The notes below the pieces were generated by a model. It was not told the DNA's origin, did not search any database, and saw only the letters and a program-made list of their open reading frames with translations. DNA of 64,000 nucleotides from a virus. Of this stretch, positions 35,644 to 43,422 are shown piece after piece. Numbering within the stretch: position 1 is the first letter of the stretch; each line of letters starts with the position of its first letter. The DNA lies in the IMG/VR virus record IMGVR_UViG_3300012936_000004, positions 25,415 through 89,414 of that record. One strand, given 5' to 3'. Position numbers and translations under genes: made by a program.

Positions 35644-37094
35644 TTGTAATTTACTTTCTCTACATGGAAAGGATAGTTGGCTTCCTTGTAATATTTTTTA
35701 CGTTCAGTTAAATGTCTTTTACTAAACTTTGCACTGCTTGTGACATCCCATATTTGCACATGGTCTTTATCCTGTGCTTTACGTATTCCTCGACCTATTG
35801 ATTGAATAACACGTACAAAAGATTTACCAGGTTCAATAAGAACAAGATTAAAGATGCGAGGAATATTAATCCCCACGGCGGCAACACCGTAGGTTGCAAT
35901 AATGATTTTATTGTTTGCATCGCTAACTTCATCGTATTCGTCCTTTCTGTCCTGTGTTTTCATTTTACCAGATATAAAAACTGTTTCTTCGCCAAGTCTT
36001 TCTAGCAATCCTTCACCAGCTTTTATTCTGTCAACTAATACTAATGTATTTCCGGACTCAGACATTCGTGAAATAATTTCACTCATATAGTCTAATCGAT
36101 TTCTATCAGTTGTTAAGTAAGTGAGCTCGCTCTGATAGTTACCATAATTAAGATCATCTTGTAATTGTAATATGTTCACTTGACATTGTGCTAATACACC
36201 TTGATCTTGTAACTCACTTGCCGCTAATTGATGTACAACTTCTCCTAAGCCTACTTCTAAACTTAAACGTTCATGATCTGCTTTAGGTATTGTACCTGTT
36301 AGTCCCCAACGAATAGGAACATTACGAAAACTTCCTGTGAGTAACTTTTTAAGTACATCTGCTTTTGCTTGGTGTACTTCGTCTACCATAATACATACTA
36401 CATCTTCAGCAAACTCATCTAAACTCATTTCGCTTTCGCCATCACGGAAACGTTTTTCAATTAAGTTTAAACTTTGCCAAGTACAAATAGTATGAGTTTT
36501 ACCAAACTCTTTACGGTCACCAAAGTACACACCAACGTCTAACCCTAAGTTAATATAGTCTGCTTCTGTTTGTGTTACTAGGTCTTTATTAGGTACAATA
36601 ACAATACTACGTCCGTATGGTTCTATTAAGTTACTAAGTGCGGCAGTCATTAATGTCTTACCAGCACCTGTTGCAATCTCTTGGATGCTTTGGTTGTTCT
36701 CTAAAAATTTATTAATAATGCTTACCTGATAATCTCTTAATACAACAGGCTCACCTCCTGCTGGATGTTTATCAGGCCATGTTTTATCGCTGAAGTGATC
36801 TTCTGTAACTTGTGGGAACTCAAACTTCCATGTCTTTCTAGTATCCTCTATTTCAAAATCATATTTTTGTTCTTGAAGTATTGGAATAATATGTGGCAAT
36901 GCATTAACAAATGTGTTGCCGCCCATTGTAAAAAAGCCTACACAACCGTCCCAACGTCCTAGTTTATAGGCGGGTACATGTCTTGCATAAGGTAAAAAGA
37001 ACTTTAGTTTTTGTTCACACTTACGACGAGTTTGTAAGTCGAGTCCTTCAACTTTACAATTAACTTCGTCTTTAAGGATAATTTTACACTTCAT
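35640..37094 (-). CDS. uvsW: SF2 DNA helicase UvsW
   Basis: LRDYQ, ATGAGKT, DEVH, GLTGT, QSIGRGIR. Confidence 0.93.
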   Translation of the reverse strand: MKCKIILKDEVNCKVEGLDLQTRRKCEQKLKFFLPYARHVPAYKLGRWDGCVGFFTMGGNTFVNALPHIIPILQEQKYDFEIEDTRKTWKFEFPQVTEDHFSDKTWPDKHPAGGEPVVLRDYQVSIINKFLENNQSIQEIATGAGKTLMTAALSNLIEPYGRSIVIVPNKDLVTQTEADYINLGLDVGVYFGDRKEFGKTHTICTWQSLNLIEKRFRDGESEMSLDEFAEDVVCIMVDEVHQAKADVLKKLLTGSFRNVPIRWGLTGTIPKADHERLSLEVGLGEVVHQLAASELQDQGVLAQCQVNILQLQDDLNYGNYQSELTYLTTDRNRLDYMSEIISRMSESGNTLVLVDRIKAGEGLLERLGEETVFISGKMKTQDRKDEYDEVSDANNKIIIATYGVAAVGINIPRIFNLVLIEPGKSFVRVIQSIGRGIRKAQDKDHVQIWDVTSSAKFSKRHLTERKKYYKEANYPFHVEKVNYK

Positions 37095-37157
37095 AAGTTT
37101 ACTATAACCTAAGATTGTTTTTTTGTCAAGAATTACATAAATACTTATATAAAAGAA

Positions 37158-37255
37158 GGGCTAGTAAGATGTCTTACCTTACTAGCCCCTAGTGAAAAAG
37201 CCCGGCGAGTGAGAGTGAGAGTGACGCAGACAGAGGAGTCCACTTCCGGGTTTTT
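37158..37255. ncRNA. two-hairpin structured element with GAGUGA repeats (sRNA/terminator candidate)
   Basis: gggctagtaag/cttactagccc and aaaaagcccgg/ccgggttttt stems; loop gagtgagagtgagagtga. Confidence 0.5.
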
Positions 37256-37261
37256 ATATTT

Positions 37262-38275
37262 CTAGCCACGTTTCATACAAGTCATTTCTACGTAACGTTG
37301 CCACTTATCGCCATTCATCCTTTTCAGGTCGGCAATTTTTAAAACCATACGCAAGCTCATTTCACGTAGCCTGTTTCGGTTATCATGAATATAAGTCATT
37401 AGCTTGCTTGTTTCAGCTTCACCAAACTTATATTCGTCTAGCATACCGTCTGAGACGATCTGCTTACAGCGCAAGAACTTGTCTCGCATTGTATCTAATG
37501 TTAAGTCCAAGTAGTGACAACGTGACATAATCGCATCTAAGTGATCTTTTAGTTTACCACGTGTTTTGTCAAACTTGAGATTCGTAATAAAGATGATCGA
37601 ACCTTTAAACTCAAATTTATCTGGAATACCTTCGTTAGCAAGCACTCGGCTTTCTGAACGCCAACTTAGGTAACGTTTAGGACTGCTATCAAGTGCCGCT
37701 TTGAGTAAGTTCAAACTTGTCTCATCATACAGTACACTATCACAGTCATCTAGTACAAGTACTGAACCGCTTTCGCTGTATTCATATAGTAACTTGTATA
37801 AACCTATTGCACTAGCGGCGCCTTTTTCCATACCATACTTACGTCCAGTATTACCAGCCCCACCGCTCATCTTATTCATCATTTCCGCTTCACGGATAAC
37901 TTTCTCAACTCCATAGGATTTACCAACACCTGGAGGTCCTGTTACTACCATTCCACGTACTACACCATCACAGGAAGCATAACTCATATCTTCTAAAATT
38001 TGAAATCGTTCACGCAATCTTTCGATAATTTCTGCGTCGGTTTCATTTTTTGTAGCATCAGCTTCTACTGTTTCGCCGTCTTTCATCACTTCAAAGAACT
38101 CCGGACTTTGTACTTTAATACGGACGTTACCGTCTGGCATGCCTGCATGGTCTAATCCATCTACAGTAATGTAGTTGCTTTTAGCACCTTCCGTATAACC
38201 TTTTACTAGTGTAAACACTGTGTCGGTTACTGGCATATTGCGGTAGCTTCCGTTTCTAATTAATACTTGTTTCAT
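37262..38275 (-). CDS. P-loop ATPase (AAA+-like)
   Basis: GPPGVGKS, VLDDCD, FITN, SRC arginine finger. Confidence 0.85.
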   Translation of the reverse strand: MKQVLIRNGSYRNMPVTDTVFTLVKGYTEGAKSNYITVDGLDHAGMPDGNVRIKVQSPEFFEVMKDGETVEADATKNETDAEIIERLRERFQILEDMSYASCDGVVRGMVVTGPPGVGKSYGVEKVIREAEMMNKMSGGAGNTGRKYGMEKGAASAIGLYKLLYEYSESGSVLVLDDCDSVLYDETSLNLLKAALDSSPKRYLSWRSESRVLANEGIPDKFEFKGSIIFITNLKFDKTRGKLKDHLDAIMSRCHYLDLTLDTMRDKFLRCKQIVSDGMLDEYKFGEAETSKLMTYIHDNRNRLREMSLRMVLKIADLKRMNGDKWQRYVEMTCMKRG

Positions 38276-38338
38276 GGTCTCTCACTCCAATTAACTGTTT
38301 CTATCTACAACTTAACAATAGCATCTATATATCTACTG

Positions 38339-39040
38339 TCAACCTTTTTCTTCAATTTTTACATAATTAAATACAGTTTCTTTACAATCACTGAACTTAC
38401 TTACGTCATGTTGTTTTACTTTACCAGTAATAACAACGTCTTTATTTTCAATAATACCAGAGATGTCTGGCTCTTTGCTGAAGAAGAACTTTATAATATT
38501 TTCTTCTTTAGTAACACAGGTTACCAAATGGATACCATATTTTGCAATAAATTTGACATCTTTAATTAATGCTTGGAACCGCATACGTTCTCCAGGCTTA
38601 CCAACAAAATCACTCTTAGGACGCATGTCAGTGAACCAATCGTCTAACGTTTGGCGTTTCTCTTGAACACGAGCACTATTTGGTAAACTAGCAAGAACAC
38701 TAACACCAAAGTTATCAGTTTGCTCACTACTAATAGTTTTTAATACGCCTTCCTCAAATGAGTTCATTGTGTTCATTAGTTTTTTACCAACTAACGTGTC
38801 ACGAAACGAATTAACAATATTGGTAGCTTCTTCTTTAACTTCGTCTGTAATTGTAGGCATTTCAAAATCTTCAATACCATTTAGATAATTACTAATTGTG
38901 GTTTTATTATCATAAACATTTTTGTCTTGTTCATGATCATAATATCCATAACCACTTTTAATAAAACCTTGTTCTGCATCTACAATAATAGCAAGCTGAA
39001 GAACTTGTTCTGTATTATACATTGAACGATGTTTAGCCAT
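38339..39040 (-). CDS. hypothetical protein with C-terminal OB-fold-like region
   Basis: FVG..GER...ITGKVK.H...ET..NYVK. Confidence 0.7.
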   Translation of the reverse strand: MAKHRSMYNTEQVLQLAIIVDAEQGFIKSGYGYYDHEQDKNVYDNKTTISNYLNGIEDFEMPTITDEVKEEATNIVNSFRDTLVGKKLMNTMNSFEEGVLKTISSEQTDNFGVSVLASLPNSARVQEKRQTLDDWFTDMRPKSDFVGKPGERMRFQALIKDVKFIAKYGIHLVTCVTKEENIIKFFFSKEPDISGIIENKDVVITGKVKQHDVSKFSDCKETVFNYVKIEEKG

Positions 39041-39054
39041 TTTTAAATGCTCCC

Positions 39055-39261
39055 TTAAACTGAGTCTGCCCAGTAGTCATTCCAAAGAGCTGTATAGCCA
39101 ACTTCTTTGATATGATTTGCGTCATCTGATCCTTGAAGTAAATGTTCGTGCCCTTTCATTACTTCTTCCCATTCAGCAACACATTCACATTCGCCAATGG
39201 TTTTATGAGCTCTACTCCAAAAAATTTCAACATTATCAAGTATCCAATTACTCATTCCCAT
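39055..39261 (-). CDS. hypothetical protein (paralog of 10425..10637)
   Basis: SNWILD...IGECE. Confidence 0.65.
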   Translation of the reverse strand: MGMSNWILDNVEIFWSRAHKTIGECECVAEWEEVMKGHEHLLQGSDDANHIKEVGYTALWNDYWADSV

Positions 39262-39272
39262 ATCTCACTCCT

Positions 39273-39473
39273 TTACACAAACTTTACTTCAACTATCTCT
39301 TTATCGTCCCATAAGATAATAGTTCTTCTACTTAATTGCTTGGACGATGTCCAAGTTTGAAACCAATGTCTTGCTTCTTCTTCTGTACATTCAACAATTG
39401 CATTCCACTCAGGAACAGTACCGCCTACCGCTTTACTTATCGTTCCAAATTGTGATGTAACTGACCAAGCCAT
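39273..39473 (-). CDS. hypothetical early protein
   Basis: AAGGA SD; first gene after an early promoter. Confidence 0.65.
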   Translation of the reverse strand: MAWSVTSQFGTISKAVGGTVPEWNAIVECTEEEARHWFQTWTSSKQLSRRTIILWDDKEIVEVKFV

Positions 39474-39538
39474 TGTGTTTCCTTTTTACCTTCATATTAA
39501 ATATAGTGATTTTTAAACCGAATGTCAACAGAAATCGT

Positions 39539-39580
39539 AAGAAAAGAAATGTGTGTTTTCAATGAGTTGTAATTTTTTTT
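39539..39580 (-). repeat. conserved ~42-bp element upstream of an early promoter, copy 2
   Basis: aagaaaagaaatgtgtgttttcaatgagttgtaatttttttt. Confidence 0.85.
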
Positions 39581-39788
39581 AAGCGGCGTAACGCTTAACA
39601 GTATCGTAAGTCATTACTCCATTAAGCCAATTTTCAGCGGCATCTTGAACATAATGATAACTTTTATTAGGATATTCAATTTCACCAACTAATCTATTAT
39701 TTGAATAAAATGAACAATATAAAACTTCTTTGTGGAGGGATATGGTTGCCAATTTATCTTGGCTTTCGAACTTCTTAAGAATTTTCAT
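39579..39788 (-). CDS. hypothetical protein
   Basis: KS.HYVQDAAENW..G motif. Confidence 0.7.
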   Translation of the reverse strand: MKILKKFESQDKLATISLHKEVLYCSFYSNNRLVGEIEYPNKSYHYVQDAAENWLNGVMTYDTVKRYAA

Positions 39789-39947
39789 TGGGATAATCTT
39801 TCTTTAGGTTTTTTGCTTCGTTGCGAAGCTGTTTAGTAGTACTACGTTTTATTTTTTGCTTTTTTATCTTTTGCTTTTTTGGATCAGTCGTGTAATCCTG
39901 TACTGTTTCATCAACAGTATTGTTCATAGGATAAAGAGTTTGTTTTT

Positions 39948-40115
39948 TCATTTGTCCGAATCATCTTTACTTACACGGCATTTTTTACCACAACTAGGGC
40001 AATGCAAAGACGCTCGGTCTATACAGTATTTTTCTTCCATAGTTGGGTAGGACCAGTAGTAATTGCATGAACTGCAAGTGAGATGCCAGATAATTTCTTT
40101 CTGAGCTCTTATCAT
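39948..40115 (-). CDS. small zinc-ribbon protein
   Basis: WHLTCSSC...CPSCG; probable start MIRAQKE. Confidence 0.6.
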   Translation of the reverse strand: MIRAQKEIIWHLTCSSCNYYWSYPTMEEKYCIDRASLHCPSCGKKCRVSKDDSDK

Positions 40116-40123
40116 AAGTTTAT

Positions 40124-40315
40124 TTATGTTTGGGGTGAATCTCGATAGACACAAATACCTTGCATACCAGGAGGAAAATATCCTTGTTCACCTCCGGCGG
40201 TTACTGCTAACTGTTCTCTGTCTGCAAAGCATTTGTACATTGTTCTATAATTTCCGACATCTGTGGCTTGAAGTTCTCCATTATCTAAAAATATAATAAA
40301 AACTAATGTCCACAT
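40124..40315 (-). CDS. small hypothetical protein
   Basis: MWTLVFI...Y.TM..CF..RE.L...C pattern. Confidence 0.65.
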   Translation of the reverse strand: MWTLVFIIFLDNGELQATDVGNYRTMYKCFADREQLAVTAGGEQGYFPPGMQGICVYRDSPQT

Positions 40316-40336
40316 GATGTATCCTGAAAATAATAT

Positions 40337-40488
40337 GTGTGGGGAGGGTTAGGATCCTCCAATGAGCCACTGCCAGTACTACCTGTGCTATCCTGGACTC
40401 ATACATGCCTGCATCTGCTAAGACGAACCGCTAAGTTCCTTTGGCATTACCTTAGCCCCATACTGTAAGGGCTTATTCAGTCACCACG
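40337..40488 (-). ncRNA. manA-like RNA motif (tRNA-cluster-associated phage ncRNA)
   Basis: GUGGUGACUGAAUAA...UAAGGUAAUG...CAGGC...GUAGUA...AACCCUCCC matches recalled manA consensus blocks; sits at the end of the tRNA operon. Confidence 0.6.
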
Positions 40489-40515
40489 ATCCATGACCCG
40501 TCGGTCTGGAAATTC

Positions 40516-40605
40516 TGGCGGACAGTCAGGGATTCGAACCCTGGGAAGGCGTTAACCTTCGTCGGTTTAGTAGACCGGTGCTTTAAACCTCTCAGCCAAC
40601 TGTCC
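40516..40605 (-). tRNA. tRNA-Ser with unusual anticodon ACU
   Basis: GGACAGU acceptor, loop CU-ACU-AA, long variable arm, G73, encoded CCA. Confidence 0.9.
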
Positions 40606-40611
40606 AACAAC

Positions 40612-40698
40612 TTAAAAATGTACACTCACTTGTAACCTTTCGGGCTCTCGTCCCATACACTGGAAAGTAGGTGTATCTACTCTGGTGTACATTTTTAA
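40612..40698 (-). ncRNA. unknown structured RNA inside the tRNA cluster
   Basis: 14-bp terminal stem ttaaaaatgtacac/gtgtacatttttaa; internal auacac/guguau and cc-GAAA-gg hairpins. Confidence 0.55.
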
Positions 40699-40747
40699 AT
40701 TGTTAAGTTTAAATTAACATCTATTCTTTTGTTGTCAACCTTTTTTT

Positions 40748-40824
40748 TGGAGTGGGTGACTGGACTCGAACCAGCATAACACGGATTTGCAATCCGGTCC
40801 GTAACCAATTCCGGACACACCCAC
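40748..40824 (-). tRNA. tRNA-Cys(GCA)
   Basis: cloverleaf, loop UU-GCA-AA, U73, CCA. Confidence 0.92.
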
Positions 40825-40829
40825 TTAAT

Positions 40830-40916
40830 TGGTACCTCCTGCCAGACTCGAACTGGCACGCTATATTCAGCGACAGATTTTAAGTCTGTTGTGTCTACCT
40901 ATTCCACCAAGGAGGC
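40830..40916 (-). tRNA. tRNA-Leu(UAA)
   Basis: loop CU-UAA-AA, long variable arm, A73, CCA. Confidence 0.95.
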
Positions 40917-40917
40917 T

Positions 40918-41002
40918 TGGCACAGGTGGCGAGATTCGAACTCGCTCAGCTTACGCACTGGTTTTGGAGACCAGCATACCTCTCCAACTGTATCGCACCT
41001 GC
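40918..41002 (-). tRNA. tRNA-Trp(CCA) with enlarged variable arm
   Basis: loop CU-CCA-AA; 12-nt variable region UGCGUAAGCUGA; G73, CCA. Confidence 0.85.
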
Positions 41003-41009
41003 ATTATTA

Positions 41010-41084
41010 TGGTAGCCCGTAGGGGAATCGAACCCCTCTTTCAAGGTTGAAAACCTTGCGTCCTAACCGATAGACGAACGGGCC
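41010..41084 (-). tRNA. tRNA-Glu(UUC)
   Basis: loop UU-UUC-AA, standard cloverleaf, CCA. Confidence 0.93.
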
Positions 41085-41248
41085 ATAGAATTATAAGTTT
41101 CCTCTAGTTCTTGTTTACGTTGTGTCATCCAACTAATCGCTGTATGAATGTGTCCAGTGTCGTGAGGTTGTAATTGGCTCTTAGCAAACTCAATCTCTTT
41201 ATCAATTACATCTATAACAAATGCAAGTTCTACTTCACTATCATACAT
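41063..41248 (-). CDS. hypothetical protein (3' end overlaps tRNA-Glu)
   Basis: LQPHDTGHIHTAISW motif. Confidence 0.65.
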   Translation of the reverse strand: MYDSEVELAFVIDVIDKEIEFAKSQLQPHDTGHIHTAISWMTQRKQELEETYNSMARSSIG

Positions 41249-41534
41249 TCGATTGTACCGGATCCTCTTTTGTTATTGTATATAACTTTTTAATGATACT
41301 GTCAACATCTTTTTCACTTAGAAATCCTTTTACAGTATCACCTTCTTCAGTGATCCCAGGTAACTCTATCATGTTATCATTTTTGAATACACCAATTTCA
41401 TACAGCCCTTTTTTACCGCCATATGAAAATTGATGGCTAACAACACTGAGTTCATATTGGTCGCCAAACTTTAACAACACCTGAGTGCCTCCATAATCTC
41501 TCAGAGGCTGTTGTTTAAAATTTCCTAGTTTCAT
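41241..41534 (-). CDS. conserved phage hypothetical protein
   Basis: F...YELSVV....SYGG..GLYEIGV...D.V.GFL. Confidence 0.75.
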   Translation of the reverse strand: MKLGNFKQQPLRDYGGTQVLLKFGDQYELSVVSHQFSYGGKKGLYEIGVFKNDNMIELPGITEEGDTVKGFLSEKDVDSIIKKLYTITKEDPVQSNV

Positions 41535-41824
41535 GCCGCTACCTTTCCGACGATCATTGAGGTTGGTACACGTGTTACGGTACGACCAAACGGAGTAGCG
41601 CCGCCGGCTACAACTTCAACTGTTTTTTGATTCATCTTAGTAATTGTACCAGTATGAACAAGCCCACGTGATTCCCATTGGATAGTATCACCTTTTTTCA
41701 AACCACGTTTGGCTTGAGAACCAATATAGTTCATTTGGCGTTTCCACTCTTGTGCAAGAACATTAAGATCGGATTGAGATGAAATTTTACGAATTGCATC
41801 AATTGCATTTTGAAGATTTGACAT
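41531..41824 (-). CDS. hypothetical protein (SH3/KOW-like C-terminus)
   Basis: LKKGDTIQW...GTITKMNQKTVEV. Confidence 0.7.
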   Translation of the reverse strand: MSNLQNAIDAIRKISSQSDLNVLAQEWKRQMNYIGSQAKRGLKKGDTIQWESRGLVHTGTITKMNQKTVEVVAGGATPFGRTVTRVPTSMIVGKVAA

Positions 41825-42015
41825 TAGTTTATAAACTCCAATACTTGTTCATGAACGAACATTTGATTTTCATTAATGGCTTCCAATTCTTCCATTGTAG
41901 CTTCTACGCCATCAATTTCAGCCTCTGCGATAAAAGCATCACAAAATTTTGGATAGTCCGCCATGTCGACCTGATCGACACATATTACATTTACTTTATC
42001 AAAATCTATTTTCAT
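41824..42015 (-). CDS. hypothetical protein
   Basis: D..DYP.FCDAFI..A..DG..AT.EELE. Confidence 0.7.
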   Translation of the reverse strand: MKIDFDKVNVICVDQVDMADYPKFCDAFIAEAEIDGVEATMEELEAINENQMFVHEQVLEFIN

Positions 42016-42437
42016 TACGCCGCCTCCTCAACGGTGTTACATATATAAGGTTTATTCCACTGACCAACATTGATATCAAGATAATATGCAGTATCAAAAT
42101 AGTCAGTCATTGCATCAGAATTATCGTACCACTTTGTACCTTTCATAGCTTGAACAAGTTCTGCAATGAACGGTTCTGCTTCGCCATAAAACTCTGGATA
42201 AAACTGGTTAACTTGAACATATCCATCATTTGGATGATAATTGGTACCTCGCCGCTCTGCAATTTCTTTATTGCGAGCATTTGCCATGCTAATAAAATCA
42301 GCAGTACCTTCTTTAATATTAACAACAAGTGTGCTATGATTATGTACAGCTACGGAACCTTTATATCCGTGCTTTTTAAGAACTGCTTTAATACCTGGTG
42401 CTAGTTCTTTTTTCATTTCTTGTGATACATATGCCAT
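42015..42437 (-). CDS. conserved phage early hypothetical protein
   Basis: MAYVSQE.KKELAPGIK...DNSDAMTDYFD..YY..IN.G.W. Confidence 0.75.
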   Translation of the reverse strand: MAYVSQEMKKELAPGIKAVLKKHGYKGSVAVHNHSTLVVNIKEGTADFISMANARNKEIAERRGTNYHPNDGYVQVNQFYPEFYGEAEPFIAELVQAMKGTKWYDNSDAMTDYFDTAYYLDINVGQWNKPYICNTVEEAA

Positions 42438-42507
42438 TTGCTAACTCCTGTTTGCTTAACTTATACATATAATATAAGCATGATGTCTTGGTTTGTCAAT
42501 ACCTAAT

Positions 42508-42882
42508 TTAACTTTTTTTAAACTTTTTTAGCATTTTTTCTTGCTCTGCATACGCTTCAATCTCCCAAGGACGATCCATGTATGCAATATCGCTAACTTC
42601 AAACATAGGAAATTCTTTTAATACATCTTGTTTAACATGTACAAATTCATGAAAGATTGCTGTAACTAAATCTTCATAACTCAATCCACGTTTAACACGG
42701 ATTTCATATTCACGATCATCGTCACCTTCTAAACAATCAGCTTCTACATCTAAATGCTTGGTAATCTCTACGTCTATTGCTAGTTTACGATGCTTTGGTA
42801 ACCAGTACTTTTTAGCAAACCAAAGTGCTTCAGTAACTGCTTGTCTTTCTTTTTTAGTACCGCCGATTACACTATAAAGCAT
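42508..42882 (-). CDS. zincin-like metallopeptidase
   Basis: HEFVH.KQ and Y..RPWEIEAY. Confidence 0.8.
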   Translation of the reverse strand: MLYSVIGGTKKERQAVTEALWFAKKYWLPKHRKLAIDVEITKHLDVEADCLEGDDDREYEIRVKRGLSYEDLVTAIFHEFVHVKQDVLKEFPMFEVSDIAYMDRPWEIEAYAEQEKMLKKFKKS

Positions 42883-42944
42883 TAATGTCTCCTTCTACAT
42901 ATATAATATAGTGATTATAAATTCAGAAGTCAATAAAAAAGTGC

Positions 42945-42985
42945 AGAAAAGAATCCTGCACTTTCAATAGTTTGTAATTTTTTTT
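42945..42985 (-). repeat. degenerate copy 3 of the early-promoter upstream element
   Basis: agaaaagaa...ctttcaatagtttgtaatttttttt. Confidence 0.7.
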
Positions 42986-43298
42986 AGTAATAATCACCAT
43001 AACCAGCACCTGGACCGGCACTGTAGTAAGGATTATTATAGTTTGGATCATCCATACCGTCAACGGCAGTAACTTCAGGTACATAATGCTTGAGCATATT
43101 TTCTACACCCATTTTTAGTGTCATACTACTACTAGCACAGCCTGAACATCCTCCTTGTAATAGCACTAATACACGACCAGATTCTACATCAAAGTCTTGT
43201 AATTCGATCATACCACCATGTCCTGCAACTGCGGGGTTAATGTTTTCCTCGATAATAGTGCTTATTTGTTCAATGATTTCTTCTTTTGTACGTTCCAT
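42984..43298 (-). CDS. NifU C-terminal (NfuA-like) Fe-S carrier
   Basis: INPAVAGHGG.IEL, L.GGCSGC.SS..TLK.GVE; true start MERTKEE. Confidence 0.9.
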   Translation of the reverse strand: MERTKEEIIEQISTIIEENINPAVAGHGGMIELQDFDVESGRVLVLLQGGCSGCASSSMTLKMGVENMLKHYVPEVTAVDGMDDPNYNNPYYSAGPGAGYGDYY

Positions 43299-43312
43299 AA
43301 TACTATTTAGTT

Positions 43313-43414
43313 TGGCTCTGGGGGGAGGATTCGAACCTCCACGGTAAATATATTGCAGTATATTAAACCACACGATAAACAGTCGTGCGTGTCTACCATT
43401 TCCACCACCCCAGA
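43313..43414 (-). tRNA. atypical tRNA-Asn(GUU), 102 nt, with 30-nt variable arm and Leu-type D arm
   Basis: UCUGGGG/CCCCAGA acceptor, G73, CCA; anticodon arm CACGA-CUGUUUA-UCGUG; T arm GGAGG-UUCGAAU-CCUCC. Confidence 0.85.
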
Positions 43415-43422
43415 ATATTGGG

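Noticed and set aside
40612-40698. Twister or hammerhead ribozyme
   Set aside because: AGAGUA and GGUUACAAG resemble twister blocks, but the UAA cleavage strand and P4 pairing are missing, and there is no CUGANGA core. Kept as an unknown RNA.
40829-41050. 73-aa + strand ORF (MVPPARLELAR...)
   Set aside because: It is the antisense reading of tRNA-Leu/Trp/Glu.
43299-43373. N-terminal extension of the NifU-like ORF and + strand ORF 43353..43658
   Set aside because: Both overlap the atypical tRNA-Asn; the real start is MERTKEE at 43298 after TAAATA.
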